Positions 1 to 18,640 of a stretch of DNA of 64,000 nucleotides are shown here, in pieces (position 1 is the stretch's first letter; every line of letters starts with the position of its first letter). The DNA is taken from assembly GCF_009914755.1 (NCBI RefSeq), contig NC_060947.1. The stretch is one strand, 5' to 3'. A program made the translations under genes and the position numbers. The stretch comes from the human T2T-CHM13v2.0 reference genome, Homo sapiens. The notes under the pieces are model-generated. The model saw only the letters and a list, made by a program, of their open reading frames with translations. It was not told the DNA's origin and made no database searches.

Positions 1-259
1 CATGGGAAAATATTGCTTGTACCATGATGGGTGTATGGAGAATCATTATATTATTTTACTTTTGTGTTTGACTATTTCCATAAGGAAAAAGTACATAAAA
101 CCAAAATAAAGAAGCACTATCTGTAATAGTGGGCGACTGTCCAATGTGTCTCTCCTGTTCTGACCTATCTTCTGAGCTTCATCCAGATTTATAGATCTAG
201 GACTTTTTCGACCTCCTCACTCTTGTACACCTCACAAGCATTGGAGGCCTAATGCACCT

Positions 260-633
260 TGTATTAGTCCGTTTTCACACTGCTGATGAAGACCTACCTG
301 AGACTGGGCAATTTACAAAAGAAAGAGGTTTAATTGGACTTACAGTTCCACGTGGCTGGGGAAGCCTCACAATCGTGGCAGAAGGCAAGGAAGACCAAGT
401 CACGTCTTACATGGATGGCAGCAGGCAGAGAGAGAGAGAGCTTGTGCAGAAAAACTCCCCCTTATAATAACCATCAGATCTCGTGAGACTTACTATCACA
501 AGAACAGCATGGGAAAGATATTTCCCATGGGAAACACCTGTCCCCATGATTCAATTACCTCCCACCAGATCCTTGCCTCAACGCATGGGAATTCAAGATG
601 AGATTTGGGTGGGGACACAGCCAAACCATATCA
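260..633 (-). mobile_element. THE1-type (ERVL-MaLR) solo LTR
   Basis: Characteristic termini tgtattagtccgttttcacactgct ... gatttgggtggggacacagccaaaccatatca. 5-bp TSD cacct at 255-259 and 634-638. Confidence 0.88.
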
Positions 634-967
634 CACCTAAACCCATACTCTTGCTATTTTCTCCCCAAATTGCTCTTCTCCCCATCTTTCCCATTTTAAT
701 TAACAGCATCATCACATGCCCTGGGCTCAAGTTGGAAATCCAGGAGTTGTTTTGGGTCTCTCATCTCTAGCACCTCCAATATCCACTCTATCACCACGTT
801 CTGCCAGTCTTAACCTCCAGAACATGTCCTAACTCCATTCACTTCTTTTTGCGGTGTCAGCCCAAGACATCATCACTCTTCACATTGCCCTGACCCCCTC
901 ATTGAGCTTCCCAATTCTATCCTTACCTCCCTTCAGGGACCAGATGACCTTTTAAAATATAAATTGC

Positions 968-1575
<608 letters not shown>

Positions 1576-1793
1576 AATTAAAGTATAAATTGCATCAGTC
1601 ACCTATTAGTTAGAACCCTTCAATGCCTTCCCACTTGCCTTAGAATAAAATACACACTCCTCATGGCCCCTTATGTGACCCTGGGTGTTCTGGCCTTAGT
1701 TCCTCTCCCATCTCATCTTCCATCACATTCTCTGCATTCCTTACCTCAACCAGATGCCCTGGTTCTCTTTCAGTCTCTTGGCTGCCCCAAGAT

Positions 1794-2157
<364 letters not shown>

Positions 2158-2637
2158 TCAGTCTAACCCCGCTGGCCTTAAAATTATTTTCAAGGCAGCT
2201 CACCATTTTATATGATGTTTCGGTCAATCTCTATTTTAATCGGTTTTTATTCTTTTCCTATAAGGTCACGGGATATTTTAGTGAAAAGTTGTGAGGCATT
2301 TCAATGGGGGGCTGTAAAATCCTATTTTTTCTTATCCTCTTTTAACAAAGTAATCTGCAGATCCACAGAATATTCATGAATATGATTTTGTTTTTGCTTG
2401 ACATCTGCTCTCATAGCTCTGTCAGTGAGGAATTCATCATTCCCAAAGCATTCCATATGCTTTTCCACTCTGCATTTACCCATGCAATTTCCCCTGGCAC
2501 AAATCCTCTTCATTTTTGGCTGCTAGCAACTCAAGAACAGGATGTTTCGACCTTCCCCTTGTTTGGAGCCTGAGGACACTACACTGTGACTCCATGTTTC
2601 TAAGTGCAAACACTTAAATCCGAATTCTACCAACTCT

Positions 2638-2972
2638 GGCCGGGCACGGTGGCTCACACCTGTAATCCCAGCACTTTGGGAGGCGGAGGCAGGCAGATCA
2701 CTCAAGCTCAGGAGTTCGAGAGCAACCCAGCCAACATAGCGAAACCCTGTCTCTACCAAAAATACAAAAATTAGCTGGGTGTGGTGGCACACGCCTGTAA
2801 TCCCAGCTACTCGGGAGGCTGAGACAGGAGGATCGCTTGAGTCCAGGAGGTGGAGGTTACACTGAGCCAAGATTGTGCCACTGCACTTCAGCCTGGGCAA
2901 CAGAGAGAGAGTGAGCCCATCTCAAAAAAAAAAAAAAGAAAAAAAGAAAGAAAGAAAGAAAAGAAAAAAAAA
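2638..2972 (+). mobile_element. Alu with (GAAA)n tail
   Basis: Full-length dimer. Confidence 0.9.
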
Positions 2973-3060
2973 GTATTTCTCACAATAGGGGCATGGTTAG
3001 ATAAATGATGGTATAACCATATTATGGAACACTAAGTAATCACTAAAAATATTATTTTCA

Positions 3061-3443
<383 letters not shown>

Positions 3444-3529
3444 TTAATGACTTATGAAATTGTTTCCAATATAATGTGAAAATACAGGATAAAGAACTAT
3501 AATTGCACTGATCGCAATAACACTGACCC

Positions 3530-4570
3530 CCTGAGAGGCAGTTTTCTGGTGACTCCTAATTTTCCTGAGTATGGGTCACACTTTGCTGTTTCTTTGTACA
3601 TCCTGTTTCTTTTAGGTAATATGTTATAGCAACTCTGGACTCTGTATTAACCCACTCCCAATCCAGATGGTGGTGGGGTTTGCTATTTTTAGATTTGTTG
3701 TTTGTTTAGTGATCTGCCTGGACTAATTCTGTGGCGTCTATTCCCCACTCACTCTCCCCCCTCTCCAGTGTACAGCCACTGATGTCTCTGCTGTTTTCAA
3801 AATTCTTGTTTTTAAGACTGGATTCCTAGGGATCACTTCTGAGTCGGCATAGGTCAGCCAATGATTGGTCAGAAGTTGTTTAAACACCTTGAGCCAGTAA
3901 AGCTCTCACCCTCTGCTGATGAATGCGTGTGACCTGGGGAATGCATTCCAGTCAGAGCAGTTTCCAAGTCTATTTATTCCAGTTTTGATTTTCTGTTTGC
4001 AAGGCTTCACATGCAGGCAGGGACAAGTAGCTTGTTAGGGCCCTTTTAGGTCTCTTCTTGGGTGCACACGGCCCTGCACATGAAGAGCACAGCCTTATGG
4101 ACCACTAGGGATAAGTGGGATCTTATCATGCGTATTTTGCTGTTACATTCCCAAGACCTCCCTGTTAAACTGCTCGCTGCTCTGTCTGCCTCTCTATTGC
4201 TAGCCCAAATCACTATTGAGACCTCAGGCTAGCTGCAATGTTGGCCACACTGAAATATGGGATTCTCCACACTCTATTCCAAATGAAGTCAGCCCCCTCC
4301 CACAGCCCTAGAACTTCTGTGACACAGAGCCTGGGGAGAAGGGAGTTGGGATGGGAGCAGCCCCAGGTTAAAACATCACAGACTCCTACTTTTCTTAGAG
4401 AGGGGTTCAGTAGATTTTCTTGAATAAACACCCCTCAATTTTTTGTATGCCTTTGGTCAACTTCCAGTCTTAATTTTTTTTTTTGTGACAAGTTTGTTCA
4501 GTTTTGTCATTGCTTTTTAGGGAGAGGATTTGCTGAGCTCCTTACTTGGCCTTCTTGGAAGCACTGCTCC
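3530..4570 (-). mobile_element. Ancient L1M-family fragment
   Basis: Resembles antisense old L1 5'/ORF1-region sequence; subfamily not determinable by eye. Confidence 0.45.
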
Positions 4571-4604
4571 TTAAACCATACCAGTTGTAAAAATTAATTA
4601 TACT

Positions 4605-7245
<2,641 letters not shown>

Positions 7246-8139
7246 TTACATATTGAATTTGTCATATGCTGCAATAAACATTTAGCTCAGTGCGTACTGT
7301 GTACAAATGCTAGATATGAGGGTACAAAGAATGAAAGATCTTTTCACCCAAGGAGACTATGATCTAGTTGTGGAGAAAGAATCATGCCCAATTATTATGC
7401 AAAATGAAGTTAAATAGAAACTATAAGTGTGTTGAGTGTAGAAGAGGCAATTAATTCAACGGAAGAGCTAATGCAGCTTTCAGGAGGGGAGGGAAACATT
7501 TGAGTTGGACTTTGCAAAAATAAGTGGATTTTAACAAGCAGGGCAGGGGAAAGAAAGGCAAGTAATTTTAGGCTGGAAAGGAACACATGTAAAGATCACA
7601 ACAGAATGGAGTGTAGGAAGTGGTGGGGAGAAAGAGGCTGGAAAGGTTGCCTGAGGCCAGGATCTAGGTGCTTGGGAATGCTGTTGAGGTTTCTTAGGTG
7701 TCATTTGAAAGATGGCACACATGTGCTGATGTACCCAAGGCCTCCACCTAGTTCTGAATTTCAGAAATGCCTGGAAGACCAATGAATCAAAAATGCTTAA
7801 GGAAATCTAAACATCACCAAACTAAGGCTTGAGGCTTGTAAATGCTTTTTCTCAGTTCTATATTTTCATTTTGCAAGACTGCAAAACTCTGTGTTAGTAG
7901 AACTTTAATTACTTGGCTTCATTATAAAATTTCCATTGCATATAAGAGTATAAATAATTTCACTCTAATGCTCTCATTTGAATCTGCGGCTGAAAGCACT
8001 GGCAGAAATCACATTTTCATGGCACTTCCTTGGCATGTTGAAGGAAAACAAAATGTATTCTGCTAATCAAGTCATTAGTGACTTTGAAAGTGATGGATTA
8101 TATCAAAAAACAGCAAATAATCAGAGATAAAGAAGTATA

Positions 8140-11100
8140 TTTTAAAGATTAAAAATATTTTATTTAAACTTTTCTTCATAAACACTTTTAACATTTTTTT
8201 CAATTTAAAAACAGAATGGATAGCATAAACATGTTTGAATAGATTATATCCACGGCTTGGGAAAAATTACCTGACAAAAATGTAAAGGCTTTCAAAACAG
8301 GTATAAAAGGCAAACCTTAAATTATTCTAAGATTTTTATATCGGCCCTAGGATTATTTGACTACTGGCCCAAAATGTACCTAAAGGTCAAAATATTTTTC
8401 TATAGACAAAGTATGCCCAAGAGGTATAGGGCATATACAAGTTAGGTAGAAAATAACCTCTCCCAATCACCTCACTGGACCATTCCTTCAGAAAGCAAAC
8501 ACCTAATCCTTACTATATACTGACTAATAACATTTTAAATGCAGTTGTTCCCAAAATGTAAAAAGAAAACCAAAGAATTTAAGGGAGAACAAAGCTGATG
8601 GCATTCTCCTCAATGTTACTTGTGTAATATTGAAGTTATACGGTGTACTGAAAGGATATGATTTCCATGAATTTATCTATTCCAGTCTATGCCTACTGAA
8701 TATTTGACTTTATAAACTCTGGATAAACTAATTTTTAGGACTTCCATTTTTAAGATAAATCTCTTTTTAGAAGATATTTATTCCCAAACCAACTCTAAAT
8801 GTAATTGAACAAACATATGATCTCTCAAAATGTTCAGAATACAAAAACAAAAATCAAAAATGTATAACAGGCAAACAAGAAAACTGGCACTAGCAGTTTT
8901 ACTGCCATATAGCCCTCAATTATATCTGATTTACACTATTATCTATGTTGCATTTTACTTCAGTCTAAAACTTTAAATTATGAATTCTCAAAAGAGCTAG
9001 TCTCCTCTGAGAGATAGCTTATAAACTGAAATAACAATTTATATTATAAACTGAAATGTTATGACCTACACCCACATATACATATATAAAAATAGTCCCA
9101 CTGAACGTTTGACATGTTTAGATTATGCAGCTCAAATAATCTGTTATAAAATATTTTAAAGCTTAGTTTCATGTAATTAAGACAAAACTCCATTTTTACC
9201 ACTTCTCCCCACATAAAGCGTGTGTCCTTTACTATGACTCGAGCAGGCTTCCCAGAATGAGGTGTCCAAAGGTGCTGCTTTAGAAAAGATAAGTGAAGGG
9301 CTCAGTCAGTATTTCACAAATTCTAGTAACACTCACACAGAGCAGAGTAATGAGGACACAGAAAGCTGTCTCAAGAAAAGCTAATAATTCTATTAGTTAA
9401 GCTTTGCTTTTTAAAAACCAGTAGCATTTCTTCCAACACAAAACCTTCAAAGTGAGAATCTTGCATTTTAAGAAAAGGCTGTAGTGCAAGGAATTTCTTT
9501 AAAATCAAAACTTAGAAGGTCAAAGACACGGAAGAGAACAAATGGTTCTAATTAAGATGTAATTAATGAAGATCAGCTATTTTTGTGAACTCTGGCATTT
9601 GAGATATAAAGTGAAAACAACACGCATAAAGGTCATAACAGTTAAACTGTATAGATTCAAATCTTACTGAATTTTTCAAAAAACTACTTTTTTGAGCGCA
9701 ATGTATATAAACAAAAACTCCAAATGAAGCACACAAAAAATAAACTTGAAAAAAATGCTATGAAAAACTTTTCCATAGTTTAGTATAACAAAAATAAATC
9801 TCTTGCAGCAATAAAACCATAATTTTAAAAGGGAATGTAAGTTAATCATGGATTTAAAATAACCTAAATTAGAACTACATATAAACAGGGAGTTTTCTCA
9901 TACATTCAGAACCCAAGCAACAGCAACTATCCTTAAAGCTCAAAACTGATTACAGCTAACATCAGGTCCGACGTGACTTACGTAAAGCTGAACCCAGAGT
10001 TAGTTCAAGTTAAGATTTTACGAATTTTACAAAACATGAACTTTGATCTTGGCCTCTGTCTTTAAAATGGAAGACCAAGAATACTCAAATGTTTGCCCAG
10101 ATGTCACCCTGACTAGGGTCATGAAGTCATATCTAAGCAATTAAAGAGAACCACCACTATAGTGTAAAGGCTTTGATGTGGATACCTGGCCTGATGGCTC
10201 TTTCTTGGTCTTTTCTAGCAAAAGACATCAATGAGGAAAATAATGAAGACGTTATTTTCTTTAAAGCAAAATAGCACACATACAAAGCCACTAAACTAAT
10301 GTAGAAAAAAATTAAATGGCTAACTTATTCCTAACTTTCAAAAATAAAATAATGTATTTTTTAAATGTAGAAAAAGACTTTTACCCATATTACCATGGGA
10401 AACAAGATACCAAATTTCATGTTTGGAAACTGTAAGTAAATGACAGGACTAGTTAATGAAAATATAAGTCTCATATATAAAATAAGATTATTATTGATTT
10501 TTGAAATCAATGCCAATGGTTTTTTCAAAAGCTACTTATGTACCTGGTTTCTTAAACCCAAATGCCTCCAATTCTGGAGTTTGAAGATCAGGTTTAATCT
10601 CATAGTATGTCTAATAACTGCCCAAAAAACCCCCAAAAACCAAAGTCTTCACATTTCCATGACTTCACACTTCCATTTTATGTTCAATGGTGGCAGCAGC
10701 AAAAAAACAAACAAACAAACAAAAAAACAAAAAACACCAAACAAAGTGAAACTAGAAAATTTATACATCAGCAGCCATATAGAAGGCATAGCAATATTGC
10801 ACCAATATTCTAAGATCTGGCAAGTTTTGCCAGTATAGATCTAGTCTGTATCAGATATAGACTACTCATGCGCAAATGGCATCAATTTCAATGATCCACT
10901 CCCAGGTTATTCTTGCTTAACTTTGTCAACTATGTTTTTTCCTCTGCATTTAAAGAGTTGAAAGGTGCAGCTAATCCTAAAACACTTATTATAAATGCTT
11001 TTAAACAGCTATTCTTGATCCATTCTGAACTTTGTGGTTACTATCCTTCATGCTAATAGCTTTCAGTAAATAAAACAAAAACTGAGGGCTTACATCCCTA

Positions 11101-12340
11101 GTGTCGCTGGGTATTTTGTACAAAATAAACAAGTAGATAAAACCAGTAACATTATAATTCTATTTCTTACCTCTAAGTCAAAACTGAGGTCAAATTTTCT
11201 AAGAGTTTCTACCTTCCATTCAATAACAAATGCAGCAGCCTTACTGAATGTAAAAAATGGGAGTTGCACTTACTTTTAAGGGGCCTTGATTTAGGAGTCT
11301 GGTATTACCTAAATGCTCTTTAAAAGTGCTTGCATGCTGCAGGGCCAGAACTTGTCATATACCACTCCGATTCTCACTAAAAACAGGGTAACGTTAAACA
11401 GACTGCAAAGAAAAACATTTTCAAAAAGAAAAGACATACATCGACAAAGAACACTAACATTTACTTTTGAAAATAAAATATAAAGTGTTAGTTTTCATAA
11501 CCATACATGTTTCAGAAATATAAGGAGTTCAAATATTACTGAATCAGTATGGACTGAAGATAGGCTACTTTGATAGCAAATGAGGACTCCAGTTATTTCA
11601 ACTTTCTAAAAATGTTAATATGTGAAAAGACGTTACATCTAAAATTCAACAAGTATGGCGAACTGTGTGTGCAAGTAAGTGCACTAGCTTAAAAATATAG
11701 AATCCTAACCACGCATAAAAGGGATGTGCCTTGTGTATTTATAGGTTGTATGCGAGTATGAATATGCTTTCACTAACACAATGCGGATAAGAGAAGGCAG
11801 CTTAGAAATAGTGTTTTGAATATAAAAAGTTAATTTTGTAGAAAATTTATATTTTTGCATTTTCAGCAAAAAGCCATGCAAAAAGGTCAAGAGTTTTAAA
11901 CTTTTAAATAATAAAACTAAAAAGTATAACAGACTGAAATACACTGAAATAAATCTTCAAAAAGGTTTCAGATAGAGACAGAGACTGAAATCACATCCAG
12001 TGACACTTATCGGGTCTTCTCTTAGAAGACACATGACTCCTACGCTAACATCTGAAAGAAATGTTTAAAGCAGAAAATCAATATCCCAGATAAGTGGAGC
12101 ATTCTATTCAACTGCTTCTGGAAGTAGTTTCAAGAGCTAGCACTTAGAATTAACTTATTGCATGAGTTTGAGGCCACTGAAAAGAAAAAAAGGATGCTAG
12201 CACAGAATGAAAAATTCTTACAATGTTAGACCAATGGCTTTGATAGTAAAACTGGTGAGGTTTTTCTTTATATGTTTTAATTAATTACTCTGTGCAAACA
12301 AATACTTTGTTTGCCTCTTTTTTTAGGGAGGAGGATGTCA
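8140..12340 (-). other. KLHL15: KLHL15 long AT-rich 3'UTR (~4.2 kb)
   Basis: Continuous AT-rich sequence with no Alu from the stop codon to the poly(A) signal, in an otherwise Alu-saturated region. Cleavage site is approximate. Confidence 0.8.
8159..8164 (-). terminator. Polyadenylation signal AATAAA (distal, KLHL15)
   Basis: tttatt on + strand. A U/GU-rich downstream element (ttctttatctctgattatttgctgttttttg) lies on the minus strand at ~8135-8104. Confidence 0.8.
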
Positions 12341-13450
12341 TTAGTTGCAACGCCTGACCTCATCCAGTACATAGTCCGGAAAATGCAGGTTGCATACTTG
12401 TAAACCATCCAGCTTGCAGGGCATCCGAGGGTACTCATCTTCCTTCCACTTGTTTTCATCCGGATCAAAAGTGAGGATGGAATCGCTGTAATGACCATTA
12501 TAACAAAGGCCTCCAAGAACCATTATTTGTTTGTCCAGCACAGTCACACCATGGCCACTTCTACCAATCGGCATGGATGCCAAGATGGTCCACTGATCAG
12601 TCTCTGGGTTGTATACTTCTGTAGAAGGGCATCCCTGAGATTCGAAAGAGGCCCTCAAGATCACACAGACACCACCGAAGACATAAAGCTTGCCATTGTA
12701 AGAAATCATCTTGTGAAAGCATCTCGCGTAATTCATCTTGCTCTTATTCTCCCAACAGTTGGTAACCACTTGAGTTCTCCTGGTCCGTTGTTCTATGGTC
12801 CCTTCTTTGCTGGGGTCAAACACGCACACTTGCTTGGAGGTGGAAGATGAGGTGATTCCACCGGTGATAAACAATTTGTTATTGAGCACTGTCCCCTCAT
12901 GTCCATATTTGTTAACTGGATAAGGATCCACAAATTCCCATTTATCGTTGGTGATGTCATATCTCTCAGTTGAATAGAAAGTCTCATCTCTGGTTCTGCC
13001 TGCTACGGCGTAAATAAACTTCCCAATAACACCTACAGCAAATTCAGAGCGTGGTACAGACATATCTGCCATCTGCAGCCAGGAGTTCTGTCTCGGGTCA
13101 TACCTGAATACTTTGGAAGAAGCATGGAATTCACCATCCGGGCCCAGCTCTTCCCCGCCTAACAGGAACACAAAATTATTGACGATAGCAAGGCAGTCAG
13201 GTCGCAGAGGTACTTGTGGGCCTTCTAGCTCCCACCAGACTCTTGGTTTCTTTAAGAGAAGTATTTTACTGTTAACCATGCTATGTCCAATCATTCCTCG
13301 AAATACTGTAGTTTGCGGTTTTGCAGAACGGATGCGGCTTGACTTCATATCCAACAAAGGCTGCTGGTGAACATTCTGAAAGTAATTCAATGCTTGGTCA
13401 ACTTCGTAACGGAGCTGTCGGGAGTATCTATAAAATTCTGATGTCTTAAC
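12341..13450 (-). CDS. KLHL15: KLHL15 coding exon 2 (aa 236-604): Kelch beta-propeller
   Basis: Acceptor ttctttttcttgtgttcttAG|GTTAAGACA continues the frame (..FEK|VKTSEFYRYSRQLRYEVDQALNYF..). Kelch GG/YDP/W repeats (FLLGG, YAVAG, FITGG, YVFGG, MVLGG). Stop TAA at 12343-12341, immediately followed by TGA. 235+369 = 604 aa. Confidence 0.97.
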   Translation of the reverse strand, partial: VKTSEFYRYSRQLRYEVDQALNYFQNVHQQPLLDMKSSRIRSAKPQTTVFRGMIGHSMVNSKILLLKKPRVWWELEGPQVPLRPDCLAIVNNFVFLLGGEELGPDGEFHASSKVFRYDPRQNSWLQMADMSVPRSEFAVGVIGKFIYAVAGRTRDETFYSTERYDITNDKWEFVDPYPVNKYGHEGTVLNNKLFITGGITSSSTSKQVCVFDPSKEGTIEQRTRRTQVVTNCWENKSKMNYARCFHKMISYNGKLYVFGGVCVILRASFESQGCPSTEVYNPETDQWTILASMPIGRSGHGVTVLDKQIMVLGGLCYNGHYSDSILTFDPDENKWKEDEYPRMPCKLDGLQVCNLHFPDYVLDEVRRCN

Positions 13451-13613
13451 CTAAGAACACAAGAAAAAGAATTTAACCAAAGGAAAAAGCATCAGCTGCA
13501 AACAAATTATCAAAGCTGACTAATACGATCATCTTAGGCTCACTTTACTAAAACTGCTTTTCCTGCTAAGATCACCTACTTTCTTTTGTTTTCTACAAAG
13601 CTTTTAAAAAATC

Positions 13614-13894
13614 TTTTTTTTTTTTTTGGAGATGGAGTCTCACTCTGTTGCCCAGGCTGGAGTGCAGTTGCATGGACTCAGCTCACCGCAAGCTCCGCCT
13701 CCCAGGTTCAAGCACTTCTCTGCCTCAGCCTCCTGAGGCGCCTGCCACCACGCGCCCAGCTAATTTTTTTATTTTTAGTAGAGATGAGGTTTCATCATCT
13801 TGACCAGGCTGGTCTTGAACTCCTGACCTTGTGATCCACCCGCCTCAGCCTCCCAAAGTGCTGGGATTACAGGCGTGAGCCACTGCACTGGGCC
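13614..13894 (-). mobile_element. Alu with internal deletion ~165 bp upstream of the last-exon acceptor
   Basis: Alu consensus with a gap after cagcctcctgag. Confidence 0.85.
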
Positions 13895-15490
13895 TCCTAT
13901 GTTTTCTTAATTTATAATGATCTATGTACATTCCCAAGCTTTTAAGAGTAAACAAATAATTAGGCACCTATTATGTGAAGCCCTGGGCTACAAGTAGCGG
14001 GTATGAGGACAAGTACAGGGCTTCACAGTAGAGGAAACCATATCCACAGTTTTCTTAACCACAAGTAACATCATAAAGCTGTGACTGAATCATTTGGGGA
14101 GTTAAGTTAGTGAAAATTTAAATACATGTAAAATTTCGGGGTTTTGACATAAAGACTTGGTCTGATAACTCCTGTAAGAATTCAGTAGATATCAGGTCAA
14201 ACTTTTTCCTTTAATTTTTAAAATTTTATTTTAAAATTATTATTACTATATATTTTTAGAGATGGGGTCTTGCTCTGTTGCCCAGGCTGGTCTTGAACTC
14301 CTGGCCTCAAGCGATCCTCCTGCCTCAGCCTCCTGAGCTGCTGGGATGACAGGTGTGAGTCACTGCGCCTGGCAAACATTTTCCTTTTTGCTTCTGGAGC
14401 TGGAGCTACCTAATTATGATGACTACCAAGATTTATATAAAGCATTTTTGGCCAGGTGCAGTGGCTCATGCCTGTTGTCCAAGCACTTAGGGAGGCCAAG
14501 GTGGGAGGATCACTTGAGACCAGCCTGGGCAAACAAAGCAAGACCTCATCTCTACAAAATTAATAAAATAAAATAAAAATAAAGCACTTTTAAGTATTGT
14601 CCTAAGTGCTATAGGGAGAAACAAAAATAAGCGTAAGATGTGATCCGTTTCCTTAAAGAACCTAGAATGTATTTGGGAAAGTGGAAACAAATACAAATTT
14701 ACCAATAGGTAAATGAGTCAGGTGACAATTAGGTATGAAGCCAAACAGCACATCTGTGAGTGTGGCAGAATTAGAGATAAAGATTATACTAAACTGGCCC
14801 AAGACATTCAAGAGATACTTTGTGGAAGATATAAGAAGTAGGGGACCAAGCAGAAAAATCCTTTGTCATAATAAGACAAGGATAAGAGGGTCTTAAATTT
14901 GGGTAACAGGAATTAGATAGCGTAGAGATAACATCTACAGACAACCATGACTGATTTGAAATAGGGTGAAAGAATGAGGACTCAAATGTGATTTGAGCAT
15001 TTAGACTTGAGGTGATGGAAAGAGTGTTGATATCAATAGGGAAAGCAGGGAAGATGAGCTGGTTTGGGAGAGGTATTCAACTTCCTTGATAGGGTTCTGA
15101 GGCGGAAATGTCTAAGAGCCTGTTGGAAATCTGGGATGACAGTTTGGGAGGGAAGTCAAAACCAGGTGTATATATTTATGAGCTTCCTCCCCCCCCTTCC
15201 TTCTCCTCTCTTTCCTTTCCTCCTTCCTATCTTTCTTTCTTTAGCCCATTCACTAATTCCTTGCCTTAGTCCAAAACAGTGGTCAAAACAAAAAACGTCA
15301 CAAATTTAAGTATTTTGAAAACTGTATTCAGTATAACTGGTTTCCTTTGTAATGTCAGGCATTTTATCATTAAAATCATTATTTTGAGAAGGGGTCCTTC
15401 CATGGGCTTCACAACATCAGCAAAGGGGTAAATAGCACAAAAAAGGCTGAGAACCCCTCGTCCAACTACATAAGAGAGAAAACTAACATT

Positions 15491-16365
<875 letters not shown>

Positions 16366-16849
16366 TCATCTTTTTCTTATTGAGTTGTAGGAGCTGAAGG
16401 GCAATACTCTGAAAATCAGCAAGAATCATAAACCTCAAATTAAATATTTAAGTGCCTACTGTGCACAGCCAGTGGTCTGAGAGCTACACAGGTTTTCAAG
16501 TAACAGAATCCTGTCCAGCATGGTAATTAAGCACCATGTCTGGTGATTAAGGATCCAATTTAGGAAATTTCTGACTTTGGCACTCATGAGCTGTGGCAAT
16601 CTTGGGCACATAGCTCAATATCTTTAAGCCCATATCCTCAACTGTATTATTGGGATAACACATTCATAACCCTATGATAGAAGTGAGAGTACGTGAAAAG
16701 GATTTAGTATGGTGCCTGTCGTGTGGCAGTGTGCAAAAAGTATCAGCTATTATTAGCTATTATTAATGACCAGGGCACATTTGCAAAAGTGTCACTCAGC
16801 TTAAATCAGTGCATCTCATGACATGCTTTTGTCTCTGTAAAAATTTAGT

Positions 16850-18640
16850 CTTTCAGAAGACTGAGGAGAAATGAGAGAAACTGTTATTTTGGACCTAATC
16901 CTCACTGGTGAAACATGATTGGTAATGTGCAAATGGGAGGAAGCTTTAGAGAAAGAAGCCATGTTGTTTGGAGATCAAAAAACAAAGGAAGGAGAATGCT
17001 GCACATATTGGATAGGCAGATTTCAAGTTTTTCAAAGGAAAATTAGGATCAATTCCAAGATCAGAAACTGTGTAAGGAAGCTCAAGAAGGCTTGGAAGCT
17101 CTCAAAAGCATAACGCTGACTGCATAATTGCAAAATACACTGATAAGAAGAAGAAAAGGGGAACGTATCTAAATCTGATGCGCTGCACAGAGAGCTTTCT
17201 GGAATTCAGATGTTAAAAAACCACTTACAACAGATGGTAAAAATTGGGCACATAAAACAAGTATTATAACGAGTGAAATAGAGCTACAAGAATATAGTGA
17301 ATAAGGCTAAAGCCTCAGGATGAACTGTGACTTGACGAAGTAAGAGATGTGGAATAAATGGCATTTTATAGGTTAAAGGAAGAGTGAAGCCCACCCCCAT
17401 CCCATAGGGTGGTTAATGTAATATTAACAAATAACAAAGAGAAACAACCCTACTCCTGTTTGATTTCCATTCTTAGCTAATGTCTTATGCCTTCTAATCT
17501 GAGGATTAAATACAATTACTAAGAAGAAACTTAAATCCAAGATGGTTGAGAACAAAAAGAAAAACTAGCTAGTTATTCTCAGCAAGTTCAAGTCATTCGA
17601 TCTCAAAACTAATTTCCTGGGATCCTTGAGGCTTCATAGATAAGGCTGCTTAATTGCTTTCTGCAATCTGTGTGGAATTGCGATGAATGGGACAGGACTA
17701 GAAGCCAGACAGATTCCTGAACTACAGACTGGTTAGCCTGAGGTAGATCCTGTATTGTTGAAAAATAGCCCACCAAAACAAAAAAGCGCCCCACACTTGG
17801 AGGCAGCATGAACTCACAGGGTAATGCCAAGGCTGACTCAGTTTCCTGTTGAATTTTTGATGATGTAACAGCACTGATAGAGAATGAGAGAACCTATGAC
17901 TTCAGCAAAGTAATCAACAAGGTCTAATCATAAAGAAAAGAGAAACACCAGGGACCCATGAACCACCTGAAATTGCAGCAATAATTGTGTGTTAATGCAT
18001 TTGGGGGGTAGGGTGAGGTGACTGGAAGTTCAGTTTTTATCAGGTGCTCCAGGGACCCACGAATTCCAAATGTAAAGCTTCGACTGACTATCCTCAATAT
18101 GAACTAAAGTGATATGGCAGCTGTAGGAACAAAACTGTAAACTAAATTAAAAGGACAGACAATCCTGGTCGGGCACGGTGGCTCACACCTGTAATCTCAG
18201 CACTTTGGGAGGTCGAGGCGGGCAAATCACTTGAGCTCAGGAGTTTGAGACCAGCCTGGGCAACATGGCGAAATCCCGTCACTACAAAAATAATAATAAT
18301 TAAAAAAATACAAAAAATAGCTAGGCGTGGTGGCATGCACCTGTGGTCCCAGCTACTCGGGAGGATGAAGTGGGAGAATCGAATAGCTTGAGCCCAGGTT
18401 GAGGTTGCGTGAGCCATGATAGTGCCACTGCACTCCAGCCTGGGCAACAGAGTGAGACCTTGTCTCAAAAAAAAAAAAAAAAGAAAAAAAGAAAATAGGC
18501 AAGTCCACCCTCTCTATTCAGGTAAAACCACAACCAAGACAGTGTGAAGTTATTATCACTATACTATTAAACACTGACAAAGTGGACCACATCTGGAAGA
18601 CAGTGAAGGGATCCAAAGGGAGAATGGTCAAATGGGTGAG
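16850..18640 (+). mobile_element. Highly degraded ancient LINE (L3/CR1-like) remnants with inserted AluJ (18165-18495)
   Basis: Scattered CR1-like phrases (ggacctaatcctcact, ggcagatttcaa, gacttcagcaaag); the Alu is clear. Confidence 0.45.

Noticed and set aside
12491-13370. Antisense and alternative-frame ORFs over the Kelch exon
   Set aside because: Shadow ORFs of the real CDS, with no independent support.
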